Assembly (NCBI GenBank): GCA_000092065.1
Contig: CP000585.1
Reading direction: 5' to 3' (one strand)
DNA from: Ostreococcus lucimarinus
Lineage: Eukaryota
DNA: 64,000 bases
The notes beneath the pieces are model-generated. The model was given only the letters and a program-made list of their open reading frames with translations, searched no databases and had not been told where the DNA came from. Below, piece after piece: positions 40,501 through 50,578 of this stretch (position 1 is its first letter; every line of letters starts with the position of its first letter). Both the position numbers and the translations under genes were made by a program.

Positions 40501-41181
40501 GAAATTTTGCTCGCCATGGACCTCGCTGAGGAGAAGGAAATCATCATACGAAAGATGGAAACGCGACAAGACGAACTTCGCGCGCAGCTCGACGCTCTCC
40601 ACGAAAAATCATCGGTGAGCACGTCAAGAGTTGTTGCCTTGGAGTCCAAGCTCAAGGAGACCACCGCGGGCGAACGGGAACGTCTCGTTGTTTTGCAAAC
40701 TGAAAACAAGCGCTTGGAAAAACGACTGAAAGACACCTGGACTGCGTTACAAGGGGCGCACGCAGTGGTTGAGCAAACGAAGACGGCAGCGAAGGATGCC
40801 GTTCGTAAAGCGAATACCGCAGCGTCTCGCGCAGAGAAAGTCGCCCTGAAGCTGAAGCAAGAGCTCGCGAGCGCGCGCGGAAGTCGCCATCCTCTCGTCG
40901 CGGTGGATGAAGGGAGCGAACCGGCATCGCAGTCGGCGTCGCAAACGGCTTTGCGCCCGACATCTACGAAAGCTTCTCCAGTGAAACCGATTGTTCGGGG
41001 CAGTAATAACGCGTTTGACGACGAAATGCAACGCGCTAGTGATCTCTTGGAGCGCATCAGTCGGCAGACAAGTAGAGAATCGAGCTTGAAGGACGACGAA
41101 TCAACTCGAGGCGGAAGCGAGACAAGCAGCCAAGCGGGCGCCCTGGGCGGTTCTTTTGGATACCGCGGGGCGATGCAATGA
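37579..41181 (+). CDS. Large coiled-coil protein (~1200 aa; myosin-tail/golgin-like)
   Basis: Almost entirely heptad-rich E/K/A/L/Q sequence. Start at internal Met MPSRGDSRSP, because the upstream ORF part overlaps the previous gene. No globular domain recognised. Confidence 0.5.
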   Translation: MPSRGDSRSPRASPRAGATSRSPHHAANERADGVDVGVATPRPVKMSPVPHARPPSDLPAALREIDRLRALQEKNASSAMVATRRAFDEQARLEKKIETLERAAEEAKAKVEEATVKAEREAQDTKKALKAAKKKTQKLEAKLEEQKMETRKWEKYASENLRGEMAESAEKLERASQREIELEDRCSRQESALEAMRGQIEELSSTLEDERKRVQTKTSSQANEVKRLQEELREALDSAATIKEEADLTVESLRAAMEAQVGGGDGNERMNEEIQRLRARVEELSASQVSSTSSDEFARLEEKTIALERLLEGERASKAVLRAEKDEVERCAAAAEASATARDAKTAQLDEQVATLSHQVVNLEQALRKEQELHASSKKKAIDDVRAVRNTSTAAEKAIAAANAAMDSAETRAEQSEQMAREREESIKQLTTQLADAKRREDQLRLELSKSSDSDSQQLKEKQQRIEELSTRVAELETVSKQVDDLKEALRSATAATTAAARSIEESEVELAQERQRAGVAEEKFAQARQAAEEALKSVQERDARIKELTLELQSTSAQVKEARDNMQLISASASSNEEIEKRREVEVQAATSLAKASESRAAGLASQLKIAEDAREEAAKDVDRLKRELSTALNSLKASKSAATRAVQEAVSASGKRAQQLTKELETAKQEHASARSVVTDLEVENKRIKNQYAELEILVAQLRESLQTIERDAETKNHDKLDMEYMRREEDLRAEISDLVLELHEVRDDSMSKIETAERQVSALESQIEELEAALIQSRDETRTLSQQSSAKRSDLTQETSELRKKLVEAQEIAATASGATEAVKRRYEARLRDASELAEKQIISLTKDLDNAKRLVELAEKAKAHAQQEAARAADDLKEKDALFEEQLANVRMAVNAVNDEKLALSQQVEEAKAECAAIRKQKDAMENDLVETCSLLEKVSAKANASADEYKITITEMNASTESLKEKLEAEILLAMDLAEEKEIIIRKMETRQDELRAQLDALHEKSSVSTSRVVALESKLKETTAGERERLVVLQTENKRLEKRLKDTWTALQGAHAVVEQTKTAAKDAVRKANTAASRAEKVALKLKQELASARGSRHPLVAVDEGSEPASQSASQTALRPTSTKASPVKPIVRGSNNAFDDEMQRASDLLERISRQTSRESSLKDDESTRGGSETSSQAGALGGSFGYRGAMQ

Positions 41182-41221
41182 GCGCAATAGCTAATTTAAT
41201 TCACATCTAGTCCTAGTAGCG

Positions 41222-42829
41222 CTAAGTCGCGAAACTCGCTAATTCCGTGCGCTGAAAGCCACCGAATGACCAAAACAAGTACAACATGACGGCGAAGACG
41301 ACGGACGCAATCGAGTGAACGGCGACGTTTTCAAAGAGATCGAGAAGCTTCATCGTAATCCTGTCCCAAGTCGTGAACGGGCGTGTTTGCGACATCACTG
41401 TCTTGGCTATATTCTCCCCGGTCGTAAACGCTCTCAAAGCCATCAAGGCTTCGTCCCAAAGTACGCCCGCAGCCGCCTTGAGTTCGGCTAATCGCTCTCG
41501 GTGCTGCTCCACCTCTTCTTCGTCCGCGGCCAAGACGTCGTCGAACGTAATCTTTTCGCCGCGATCTTTGCAAAATCTTTGCACATGTCGAAACTTCGTG
41601 AGTACATTCATTACGCGCGCGTTATCTCGGTACTTCGTCACGTTGTGAAAGTTGCTGATTACGTCATGGACGGCTTCACGAATCGGTTTGATTTGCATAT
41701 CACTCTGAAACATCTCGTCTTCAATCATTCCGAGCAAAAACGTCCGTAACTCGATTTCCTTCGTCAACACGGCGTGCTTCTCTAACGTTAACCGCACATC
41801 CTGCGGCACGCCCTCGTACTTTTCCACGCCAGCCGCTATCCACGAACGCAGACGTACCTCGAGTGGATCCGAGCCCTCGCGCGAGTTTTGACTCTTCGCC
41901 CACTTAGTGGGTAATTCAGCGCGCGGCGCCGCTACGACGCTCCGAACTTTTGTAGACTTCGAAGCTTTCACTGCCACCGCTTCAAGCTTACGTTTGACGT
42001 CCTGCCTCGCGTGATCCTTTGGAAACATATCCGCCGCAGTCAAGTCGTCCTCGCTCGTCAAGTGCGCCGTCGCCGCCGCGCCGCTGAGCAAGAGATACTC
42101 AATCACCTCCACCTGCGCCGTCAACGAGGCGGCCATAAGTGGAGTCATGTAATCGCTGTCCGCGCAATCGGATCCGCCCGCATCCAAGCCGCACTCGTCT
42201 ATTAAGAATCTCGCCGCTTCCAGATTACCCAACCCGCACGCCGCGTTCAGCGCCGACCTCGAGGCGTTCGCCCCGTCCCCCCCACATCGCACGCGACTGC
42301 GCTTTGGATTCACCCCACTCTGTATCAATAATCTCGCCATCTCCACGTCCCCTCTGACGCACAACGCCTCCGCGAACGCGTCGCACCCGTCCGCGTTCCT
42401 CGCTCTCGCGTCCGCCCCTCGCGCCAGCAAAATCTCCACCGTCGACGCCTCCCCTTGCCTACACGCCGCCGTCAGCGCCGTGTCATCGTTACAATCGCTC
42501 GCATCGATCCACGCGTCGCACGTATCGATCAAAAACTTGACGCATTCGTCCCTCGCGTTCGCCGCCGCGTGCGTCAGCGCGCCTCGCCCGTCGTCGTCCT
42601 CCGCGTCCACCTCCGCGCCGTGCCTCCGCGCCAGCGCCTCCACGACGTCCACGCACCCGAGCGCGCTCGCGTGATGCATCGCGCGCCGTCCCTCGCGATC
42701 GCGCGCGTCCACGAGCGACGCGCCTCGTCGATCGTCATCCATCGCCAGTCGCGCATCCATCGTCTCGACGTCGTTCGCGCGCGCCGCGGCGAGCACCGCG
42801 TCGAGCGCGTCGCGCGCGCGCGGCGCCAT
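41222..42829 (-). CDS. Ankyrin-repeat protein with C-terminal transmembrane anchor
   Basis: N-terminal half has 6 or more ANK-like repeats (MHHASALGCVDVVEALARRHGAEVDAEDDDGRGALTHAAANARDECVKFLI... TPLMAASLTAQVEVIEYLL). Hydrophobic C-terminus (VAVHSIASVVFAVMLYLFWSFGGF). Confidence 0.6.
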   Translation of the reverse strand: MAPRARDALDAVLAAARANDVETMDARLAMDDDRRGASLVDARDREGRRAMHHASALGCVDVVEALARRHGAEVDAEDDDGRGALTHAAANARDECVKFLIDTCDAWIDASDCNDDTALTAACRQGEASTVEILLARGADARARNADGCDAFAEALCVRGDVEMARLLIQSGVNPKRSRVRCGGDGANASRSALNAACGLGNLEAARFLIDECGLDAGGSDCADSDYMTPLMAASLTAQVEVIEYLLLSGAAATAHLTSEDDLTAADMFPKDHARQDVKRKLEAVAVKASKSTKVRSVVAAPRAELPTKWAKSQNSREGSDPLEVRLRSWIAAGVEKYEGVPQDVRLTLEKHAVLTKEIELRTFLLGMIEDEMFQSDMQIKPIREAVHDVISNFHNVTKYRDNARVMNVLTKFRHVQRFCKDRGEKITFDDVLAADEEEVEQHRERLAELKAAAGVLWDEALMALRAFTTGENIAKTVMSQTRPFTTWDRITMKLLDLFENVAVHSIASVVFAVMLYLFWSFGGFQRTELASFAT

Positions 42830-42954
42830 GCTCGCCCGCGCCGCGCGCGCCGCGCCGGCGCGGGCCGTCGCGCGTCGTCGTCTCGCGACGCCGCGGCGGC
42901 GCGCGATCGAGTCGTCACATCGCGCTCGCGCGCGCCGCGCCGCGCTCGCGCGCG

Positions 42955-44454
42955 ATGACGAGCGCGATCCCGGACGATCACATGGGCGACGTCGGCACGG
43001 GCGTCCCCGACGGCGCGACGCTGACGACGCTCGCGGCGCCGCTCGCGCTCGAGAGCGGTGACGCGCTCGACGCGTGCGACGTCGCGTACACGGTGTACGG
43101 CGAGCTGAACGCGAATAAAGACAACGTCGTGCTCGTCGGACACTCGCTGACGTCGAACAGTAACGTCGGCGAGTGGTGGGGGGAGGTGCTGGGCGAGGGC
43201 GACGCGTACGCGCTGAACTCGAGGGAGGATTGCGTGATTTGCGTCAACTATCTGGGCTCGCCGTACGGAAGCGCGAGCCCGGTGAGCGCGGATCCGAGAA
43301 AGGAGGATCGCGGGGCGTACGGGGTCGATTTTCCGACGCCGGTCACGGTGAGGGATAACGCGGTGATGTGCATGATGCTGCTGAGGGAGCTCGGGGTGAA
43401 CGGGGTGCGGTGCGCGATGGGCGGGTCGATGGGTTCGATGCTGGCGCTGGAGTTCGCGGCGACGTATCCGGATTTCGTAAAGGAGATAATCATCATCGCC
43501 GGGTGCGGACGACACACGGATTGGGCGATCGGCATAGGGGAGGCGCAACGGTACGCGATCATGAGCGATGGGAAGTATAAGGGTGGGGCGTACGAGCGCG
43601 ATCAAGGGCCGAACGCGGGGTTGGCGACGTCGCGAATGATGGCGATGCTGAGCTATCGCGCGCCGGCGAGCGTCGATGGGAGATTTTCGCGTTCGAACAT
43701 GGGAGACGTCGCGAGACCGGCGGAAGAACCCGAGCTAGGTGTGCGCGCGCACGAAAAGGAGACTAAGTTGCCGTATTTTGCGGTGGAGTCGTATCTGCAG
43801 TATCAAGGGAAAAAGTTTATTCGCAGATTCGACGCGAACTGCTACATTCAGTTGACGTACACACTGGACTCGCACGACGTCTCGCGTGGGCGAGGGGATT
43901 ATTTCGATGTGCTGGCAAATATTAAACAGCGCGCTCTCGTCGTGGGTATTCTCAGCGACGTACTGTATCCGTATGCGCTTCAGCGCGAGCTCGCCGACGC
44001 GTTGCCGAATTCGCAGCTGTACACCATAGACTCCCCGCACGGCCACGACTCGTTCTTGATCGAGATCGAGCAACTCAACGCCGTCATGGCGAGATGGCGG
44101 CGCGGTGAAAACGTCGATACGCGCAAAGACGCGCGTGATTTCACCGCCCTGGAATCGAGCGACAGCGTCGAGGAGCTCCGCGAGGGCGTCAAGCGTCTTC
44201 GCGAGGAGCTCACCGTAGCCGAGCTCAAGCGTGAGCGCGCCGAGGCCGCACTTCGCGCCGCGCTCGATCCAACGCAAAATATCTCCGCTGAAGCTTTGCA
44301 GCGCTCAGCGTCCGTCGGTTCGGCGCTTAATCTACCGGGATTACTCATGCCCATGAATCCGAGCGGCAGCGAAATGGTGCGCGCGCGCGCGCCCGTCTTC
44401 GGCAAGCTCGCCGCCGACATCGACGGCGCCCCGAGCGGTTACGCCGGCGTCTAG
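42955..44454 (+). CDS. metX: Homoserine O-acetyltransferase (MetX/Met2, alpha/beta-hydrolase) with ~120-aa C-terminal coiled-coil extension
   Basis: MetX family signatures: VLVGHSLTSNSNVGEWWGEVLG, CVNYLGSPYGSASP, nucleophile elbow GGSMGSMLALEF, RHTDWAIGIGEAQRYAIMSD. The C-terminal 110 aa (LREELTVAELKRERAEAALRAA...) is beyond the usual domain. Confidence 0.75.
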   Translation: MTSAIPDDHMGDVGTGVPDGATLTTLAAPLALESGDALDACDVAYTVYGELNANKDNVVLVGHSLTSNSNVGEWWGEVLGEGDAYALNSREDCVICVNYLGSPYGSASPVSADPRKEDRGAYGVDFPTPVTVRDNAVMCMMLLRELGVNGVRCAMGGSMGSMLALEFAATYPDFVKEIIIIAGCGRHTDWAIGIGEAQRYAIMSDGKYKGGAYERDQGPNAGLATSRMMAMLSYRAPASVDGRFSRSNMGDVARPAEEPELGVRAHEKETKLPYFAVESYLQYQGKKFIRRFDANCYIQLTYTLDSHDVSRGRGDYFDVLANIKQRALVVGILSDVLYPYALQRELADALPNSQLYTIDSPHGHDSFLIEIEQLNAVMARWRRGENVDTRKDARDFTALESSDSVEELREGVKRLREELTVAELKRERAEAALRAALDPTQNISAEALQRSASVGSALNLPGLLMPMNPSGSEMVRARAPVFGKLAADIDGAPSGYAGV

Positions 44455-44653
44455 TGTTTCGATCGTCTGCGACCATCTCATCTAGCACATAGTTTCTCGC
44501 GATGCTTATAACGCTTCGTTCGTTTCGTTTGTTTCGTTCGCCGCCGCCTCGCGACCAGCTCGATTTGAAACGCTCGCGACAGCTGGCCGCACTCGCCACC
44601 GCGCGCGCGCGTCTGCGCACCGCGCGCGTTCGCGCACCGCGCGGAAGAACGCG

Positions 44654-46447
44654 ATGTCACCCGCGCAAAACACGCTCGATGCGTTCCTCAAACGCGCGTC
44701 GTCGTCGACGAAACCGCGCGAACGCGGCGACGTCGAAAACGTTGAAAACGTCGACCCGGAGCGCGCGCACGACGACGACGCGCGCGCGCGCGCGGAAGAC
44801 GTCGCGAACGACGTGCTCGGTCGATGGTCGCGCGTCGCGCGCGCGTGCGTCGCGCGCGCGTGCGTCGCGCGCGCGGCGACGTCGACTTCGACGACGTCTC
44901 GGCGCGCGGAGGACGTCAAGCGCGCGGCGTACGCGTACGCGACCAAGATGAAGAACGCGCGGCGAGCGCACGGGACAAAGTTAAATCACGGACGGGAGAT
45001 GATGACGCTAGTTGGGGATTTGTGGGCGTGCGAGCGCGGGATCGGGGCGCACGGGGCGAGGAAACGGTTGAGGTTCGCGGTGGGCGGCGGCGCGTCGATG
45101 CGCGCGTTGGTAGAATACGGCGCGTGCGCGTTGCCTCGGGTGACGAATAACGCGCGAGCCGCGGGGGCGAACAACGCGGTGAATGCGATTGAGTTCGACG
45201 CGGCTGGAGGGATGGTGACGAGTGGTACGAGTGCGGGAGCGATCGACGTGCTGGACGTCGCCACGCTTCGTACCACAGCCGGAGAGCTTTATTGTCCAAA
45301 ACTCAAACTCTCCACCGATCGTTACATCGATGCGATGAAATGGAATCACGACGCGTCTTTGGTGATGACGGCGTGTGATATCTCCAGTACTGTGATCGCA
45401 TATCGTGGAGATTCGACGCGCGTCGTGGGACCTCGCGGGATGGCGCCGCGGACGCACGTTATGCACAAGTACAAAGTACAAACACGGACGAACAACGCGT
45501 CGCTTGGGCTGCGAGACTTAAAGCTCGATCCGAAAGATCCGCGTTGCATCATCGCGAGTGCGAGCAATGGGCAGGCGTATCTTTGGGACACGCGTTTGGC
45601 TGGAGATAAACAAACGGCACAGTTGAGTTCGCTTCTCAAGACGACAGCGATCGCTTCGCTAGTCGTCTCCGATGACGGACACACCGTCATCGGTGGTGAT
45701 GGTGACAAGGGCGACCTTTTAATTTGGGACATGCGCAAGGCGACCAGCAACACATCAATCGGTGGTCTCGGCGACAACACACAGTATTACAGCATCGTGG
45801 CGCAACTGAGCATCACCAAGTTGCTTGCAAAGACGGCGCTCGCAACGGATGTCAAGATCTCAGACTCCGGTGTGCATTGGATCGGTTGCGATCCAAATGA
45901 TTGCAGGAGGTTGGGATATCACCTCACCAACGGCTGGAGCGGCGTACTCGACTTGATGAAGCCTTGCGTAACGCACGCGCACTGCCCGCCGGCGCCGTGG
46001 CTCGAGGCTCGTCAATCCGAAGTTCGCGCGGAGAACTCGCTCGAACCTGATGCCTTGTCCGTACCACTCAGCGATTTACGGCGTCGAACACCATGCTGGT
46101 TGCCGGACGGTGGATCATTCGCCGTTGGCCTCGGTGTCAAGCCCGGCGTGCGGGTTTTAGACTTTGCGCCGACGCCGAAGTCAAGACACTGGATTCACGG
46201 GTTGACTATCGCGGATCTCGAACGTGAGCCGGCCGGACGATACGCCACTGGCAACGAACCGGTCTTTATCGAGACTTCCTCGAAGATCTTTTCCGTGGCG
46301 GCACATCCATATCATCACGGTGAGCTGATCGCAGGGGGCGAGAGTGCGCTGTGCTTGCTCGGATACGGCCACGTGGCGTCAGGAAGGGACGAAGATGAGC
46401 AAGGTGCCTCGTCGGAGGTCGAAATCGGCGACGCTGTCGATGCATAG
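44654..46447 (+). CDS. WD40-repeat protein (unassigned family)
   Basis: 597-aa ORF with several WD-like blades (NAIEFDAAGGMVTSGTSAGAIDVLD, ASASNGQAYLWDTR, VIGGDGDKGDLLIWDMR). Acidic/basic N-terminal region. Confidence 0.45.
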   Translation: MSPAQNTLDAFLKRASSSTKPRERGDVENVENVDPERAHDDDARARAEDVANDVLGRWSRVARACVARACVARAATSTSTTSRRAEDVKRAAYAYATKMKNARRAHGTKLNHGREMMTLVGDLWACERGIGAHGARKRLRFAVGGGASMRALVEYGACALPRVTNNARAAGANNAVNAIEFDAAGGMVTSGTSAGAIDVLDVATLRTTAGELYCPKLKLSTDRYIDAMKWNHDASLVMTACDISSTVIAYRGDSTRVVGPRGMAPRTHVMHKYKVQTRTNNASLGLRDLKLDPKDPRCIIASASNGQAYLWDTRLAGDKQTAQLSSLLKTTAIASLVVSDDGHTVIGGDGDKGDLLIWDMRKATSNTSIGGLGDNTQYYSIVAQLSITKLLAKTALATDVKISDSGVHWIGCDPNDCRRLGYHLTNGWSGVLDLMKPCVTHAHCPPAPWLEARQSEVRAENSLEPDALSVPLSDLRRRTPCWLPDGGSFAVGLGVKPGVRVLDFAPTPKSRHWIHGLTIADLEREPAGRYATGNEPVFIETSSKIFSVAAHPYHHGELIAGGESALCLLGYGHVASGRDEDEQGASSEVEIGDAVDA

Positions 46448-46539
46448 CTTAGTCATAGGTAGTTGGTAAACAAACATAGAATCATTCATTCATCGGCTGA
46501 CGGCTACGTCGCCTAGACTAGTTTTTGAACGACACAATC

Positions 46540-47379
46540 TTAGGAGCAACACTTGGACTTTTCGCTCGGCGCCTTGGTGCCGAGGTTGATTCCGCCGGCA
46601 GAGATCGCCCCCTTCGAGCCCGTCAACCGAGTCAACCGAGTCAATCGAGTCTTAATATCGCCCGCGATTGTCATGAATGCGTCCTCCACGTTCACGCTCG
46701 CCTTGGCGCTCGTTTCGAAGAACGGAATCCCGAATTCATCTGCCAACGCCTGCCCGCGAGCCTTCGTAATCGCCCGCTTCTCCTCCGACACGTCGCACTT
46801 GTTCCCGATCAAAATCTTGTTCACACTCGAGCTTGCGTGCTGCTCAATATTTCGCATCCACCCGCGCACGTTTTCAAAGCTCTTCTCATCCGACACATCA
46901 TACACGAGTAAAATCCCCATCGCGCCGCGATAATACGCCGTCGTAATCGTCCTAAAGCGCTCCTGTCCGGCGGTGTCCCAAATCTGCAGCTTCACCCGCT
47001 TCCCATCGATTTCCACCGTTTTAATCTTAAAATCAATCCTTCGCGCATCGACAACCGGTTCTCGGGGTCAGTCACCGCGCCGTCGACGTCGTTTACGCGT
47101 TTCGCGAGCGCCGACGATTCCTTCGCGCACCCGATCGTCGTGATGAAGCTCGTCGTGAACTGATCGTCGCTAAATCTCAACAGCAAGCAACTCTTCCCAA
47201 CGCCTGCGCGCGTTCGTTCGATCGCGCGTCCTCTCGTCAGTCATCGCGGTTCGTTCGCGCTTCGGTCACGCGCGCGCGGAGTTCATCTCTCGTCGCCTCG
47301 CCTCGCCTCGCCTCGCCTCGCGCGCGCGCGCACCGCTATCACCGATGAGCAGCAGCTTGAGCAAGTGATCGTAGTGCAT
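46540..47379 (-). CDS. Rab-family small GTPase (Rab8/Rab10-like), 3 exons
   Basis: Exons (minus) 47379..47334, 47203..47131, 47038..46540, totalling 618 nt in frame. Exon 1 gives [16 protein letters not shown]; exon 2 completes G1 ([24 protein letters not shown]); exon 3 gives [28 protein letters not shown]...GNKCD...ETSAK...CCS. Introns 47333..47204 (donor GTGCGC, acceptor cgcAG) and 47130..47039 (donor GTGCGC, acceptor gaAG). The ORF track shows only GTG/TTG-initiated fragments. Confidence 0.75.
47296..47320. repeat. (CCTCG)5 microsatellite inside Rab intron 1
   Basis: Read directly: cctcgcctcgcctcgcctcgcctcg. Confidence 0.8.
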
Positions 47380-47501
47380 CGACGCGCCGTGCGCGCGCAA
47401 TTGCGCGGCGTTCGACATGGCGCGCGCTCGTGTGACGCGATTGCGCGCGCGCCGATGCCGTCCGCGTCAGACGTCGCCGCGCGTCGTCGCGCGCCGCGGC
47501 G

Positions 47502-48644
47502 ATGCGAGCGATCGAAGGGCACGCGCTGGGCTACGCCTGGGCGTTCGCCGCGTCGCTCGCGAACGCGTCGCAGGACAACTTGAGGAAACTGGCGTCGAAC
47601 CGGGTGAAACAACCAATCGAGATCGTCGCGCTGAGCGAAGTGTTCAACGTCGTCGCGCTGGCGTGCGCGGTCGGCGCGAGTGGGAAGTGGGGGAAGTTCG
47701 CGCGGTACGCGCGACGAGGGGATCTCGTGGCGCTGGCGGCGGCGGCGGGATGGTTGAAGGCGTTGAGCGCGGCGCTGTTGCAACGGGCGCTGCGGTTGAC
47801 GCCGTTGTCGCTGTGTGTGCCGTACCTGGCGTTCACGCCGCTGTGGTTATTGGTGATTAGCTTTTTCTTAGTGCACGAGACGCCGACGTTGCGTGGAGTG
47901 TTGGGGGTGATGGTGATCACGGTCGGGGCGTACATGTTGAACGCGAACAGCGCGGCGCCGGAGAAACTGGAAAAGAGTCCGCGGTTGGAGGAAGGGCTCG
48001 TTCGCGGCGGTGGTGGGTCTTCTGGACGGGTTCGGAGTGCGAGAGAGTCGCTGGAATCGCTCGCGACGCCGCCGACGAACGGTGCGGGTTGGATGTCTAT
48101 AGCGTTTAGCGAAGCCGCGGCGTCGTCGTTTCGCGAGGAGCGTTACGGTGTGAGGTTGGGATGCGTCGGGCGATCAGTTGCGAGGCAGGTGACGACCTTG
48201 CGCGCGAATCCTGGGAGTTTAATCACTCTCGGCATCGCCGCCGTCTACGCTCTCGTCGCTGATCTCGACAAGCTCGGTAAATTGCACTCCGACGACTTGC
48301 TCGTGTTCATCTTTTTGCAGAGATGTTTCCTATTGGCGCCACCTCTGACGTACGTCATGGTGAAAAATCCAGCAGCCTTCAACGTTTTCACGAAAACAAA
48401 GAAGGTTGGCTGCGCGTTAGCTCTCATAGGTTTCCTCGACATCGCCTCCATGTACGCCTTCCTACAGTCGCTGAACTACATCTTCACGAGCTACGCCGTC
48501 GCGGCCAAGCGTACGAGCATCCTAGCCAGCGTCGTCGGCGGCGCGCTCTTCTTCAAAGAGCCCATCGCCCGGCGATTGCCGTATATATTCATCATGTTCA
48601 TCGGCATGGCGTTGATATTAATCGCCGATGCCGACAAGCATTAG
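47502..48644 (+). CDS. Multi-pass membrane protein (10 predicted TM; possibly EamA/DMT-superfamily transporter)
   Basis: 380-aa ORF with repeated hydrophobic helices in two halves. Family assignment is tentative. Divergent from the Rab gene, with ~120 bp between start codons. Confidence 0.45.
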   Translation: MRAIEGHALGYAWAFAASLANASQDNLRKLASNRVKQPIEIVALSEVFNVVALACAVGASGKWGKFARYARRGDLVALAAAAGWLKALSAALLQRALRLTPLSLCVPYLAFTPLWLLVISFFLVHETPTLRGVLGVMVITVGAYMLNANSAAPEKLEKSPRLEEGLVRGGGGSSGRVRSARESLESLATPPTNGAGWMSIAFSEAAASSFREERYGVRLGCVGRSVARQVTTLRANPGSLITLGIAAVYALVADLDKLGKLHSDDLLVFIFLQRCFLLAPPLTYVMVKNPAAFNVFTKTKKVGCALALIGFLDIASMYAFLQSLNYIFTSYAVAAKRTSILASVVGGALFFKEPIARRLPYIFIMFIGMALILIADADKH

Positions 48645-48739
48645 CGCGCGCGACGGTGTCAATACAACACGAGCGCCGTCGGTGCGGGTTCAAAACTCTT
48701 CACCCCATCCCCTTCACTCTCGCCCGCGCGCCTCTCGCG

Positions 48740-50449
48740 ATGGCCGACCAAGACAGCAATGAAAAAGAAATTGAAAGTACGTCGCGCCCCATCGCATCGC
48801 TCGATCGATCGCGTCGCCCGCGCCCTCGGGCGCGCGTGCGGCGTTGATAAAGCGCGCCGATGACTTCGGCCTAGGTCGAGTGCGCGTACGGTTTCACCTC
48901 GCTCGCGTCGCTACGAACGCGCTCGAGACGCTCGCGACGCGCGCGCGAGGTCATGAATGGCACGCGTGACCACGAGCGAACGACTGACGAGACATTCGCG
49001 CCGCGCGCGCGCGCCGTTGACGATGAACAGTATGGAAGATGCGCAAGGTGCGACTGGCGGCTCGAACTCGACGCGCTCGTGGGAGCAAAAACGATGAGAA
49101 ATCGCGACGTGTCGGCATCGCGAACGAGGTGAACGAAGACTGACGGACTATTATATCGTTTTACTCGAACGTAGCTCATCAAGAAGCTGGAAGACGCGCG
49201 CGGGAACGGGACGTCGATGATTTCGCTCGTGATCCCGCCGAAAGGGCAAGTGAACCTGGTGCAAAAGATGTTGATCGAAGAGATGGGCACGGCGACGAAC
49301 ATTAAGTCTCGAGTCAATCGACAGTCAGTGCTCGATGCGATCGGTTCGGCACAACAGCGCTTGAAGCTGTACAATAAAGTGCCGCCGAATGGGCTCGTCG
49401 TGTATTGCGGCGCGGTGTTGACGGAGAGCGGGAAGGAACGGCAGATGAAGATTGATTTTGAACCCTTCAAACCGATCAACACGTCGTTATACATGTGTGA
49501 CAACAAGTTTCACACTGCAGCGTTGAGTGATTTGTTGCAAAACGATCAGAAGTATGGTTTCGTCGTAATGGATGGTAACGGGACGCTCTTCGGAACCTTG
49601 TGCGGGAACCATCGCGAGATTCTACAAAAGATTTCCGTTGATTTACCGAAAAAGCACGGTAGAGGTGGTCAATCCGCGCTTCGTTTCGCGCGTCTGCGTT
49701 TAGAAAAACGTCAAAACTACCTTACCAAGGTTGCTGAGCTCACGACGCAGCATTTCATCAGTAATGATAGGCCCAACGTCGCCGGCTTGGTGCTCGCCGG
49801 TTCGGCGGATTTCAAGAACAAACTCGCCGAGGCGGATTGCTTCGACAGTCGCCTTCAAGAAGTCACCTTGGCCGTAGTCGATGTCTCTTACGGCGGTGAA
49901 AACGGCTTTAATCAAGCGATTGAGCTCTCCGCGGACACGCTTTCGTCGCTCAAGTTCATCCAAGAAAAGAAATTGGTTGGCAAGTTTTTCGACGAAATCG
50001 CCCAAGACACGGGCAAGTACGTTTTTGGTATCAACGATACTTTGACGTGCTTGGAAATGGGAGCGGTTGAAACTTTGGTGTGCTGGGAAGATCTCGAGGT
50101 CGCGCGCGTGACCCTGAAAAATAGCAGCACCGGAGAGGAGACGATTAAGTTTTTGCGGCCCGAAGAGACTGAGGGCAATGAAAACGACCACGTGCGCGAC
50201 GCCGATGGCAACGATTTGGAGATTGTCGAATCCGTCCCGCTGTTGGAGTGGCTAGCAAACGAGTACAAGAAGTTTGGTTGCGTCTTGGAACTCATCTCGG
50301 ATAAGTCGCAAGAGGGTAACCAATTTTGCCGTGGTTTCGGCGGCATCGGCGGTTTGTTGAGATATCAAGTCGATCTCACCGCCTTCGAAGTCGCCGCCGA
50401 CGCCAACTCCGACGATTGGGACTCCGACGATTCCGAATGTTTCATCTAA
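48740..50449 (+). CDS. ERF1: Eukaryotic peptide chain release factor subunit 1 (eRF1), 3 exons including a 17-nt microexon
   Basis: Exons 48740..48776 ([12 protein letters not shown], phase 1, donor GTACGT), 49031..49047 (tatggaagatgcgcaag giving IWKMRK, acceptor gaacAG, donor GTGCGA), 49175..50449 ([23 protein letters not shown]...). NIKS motif ([12 protein letters not shown]), GGQ motif ([15 protein letters not shown]), and near-identity to eRF1 through to the acidic C-terminus. Confidence 0.85.
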
Positions 50450-50578
50450 CCCTTCCCGTTGCATTGACTCGATCCTAACGCCACATCCCATAGCATTAAC
50501 AATAAGACGACCCTGGCAGTTGTTCGACGCCGCGCGCGCGAGCGCCTTATCCTTCACACGCGCGCGCGTTCGCCGTCG

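Noticed and set aside
42574-43605. 343-aa minus-strand ORF antisense to the MetX gene
   Set aside because: Arg/His/Pro-rich. No motifs. The opposite strand carries the clearly conserved MetX.
46992-47186. 64-aa and 158-aa minus-strand ORFs listed separately in the ORF track (starting with TTG/GTG shown as M)
   Set aside because: Not independent genes. They are exons 2 and 3 of the Rab GTPase, joined by a 92-nt intron.
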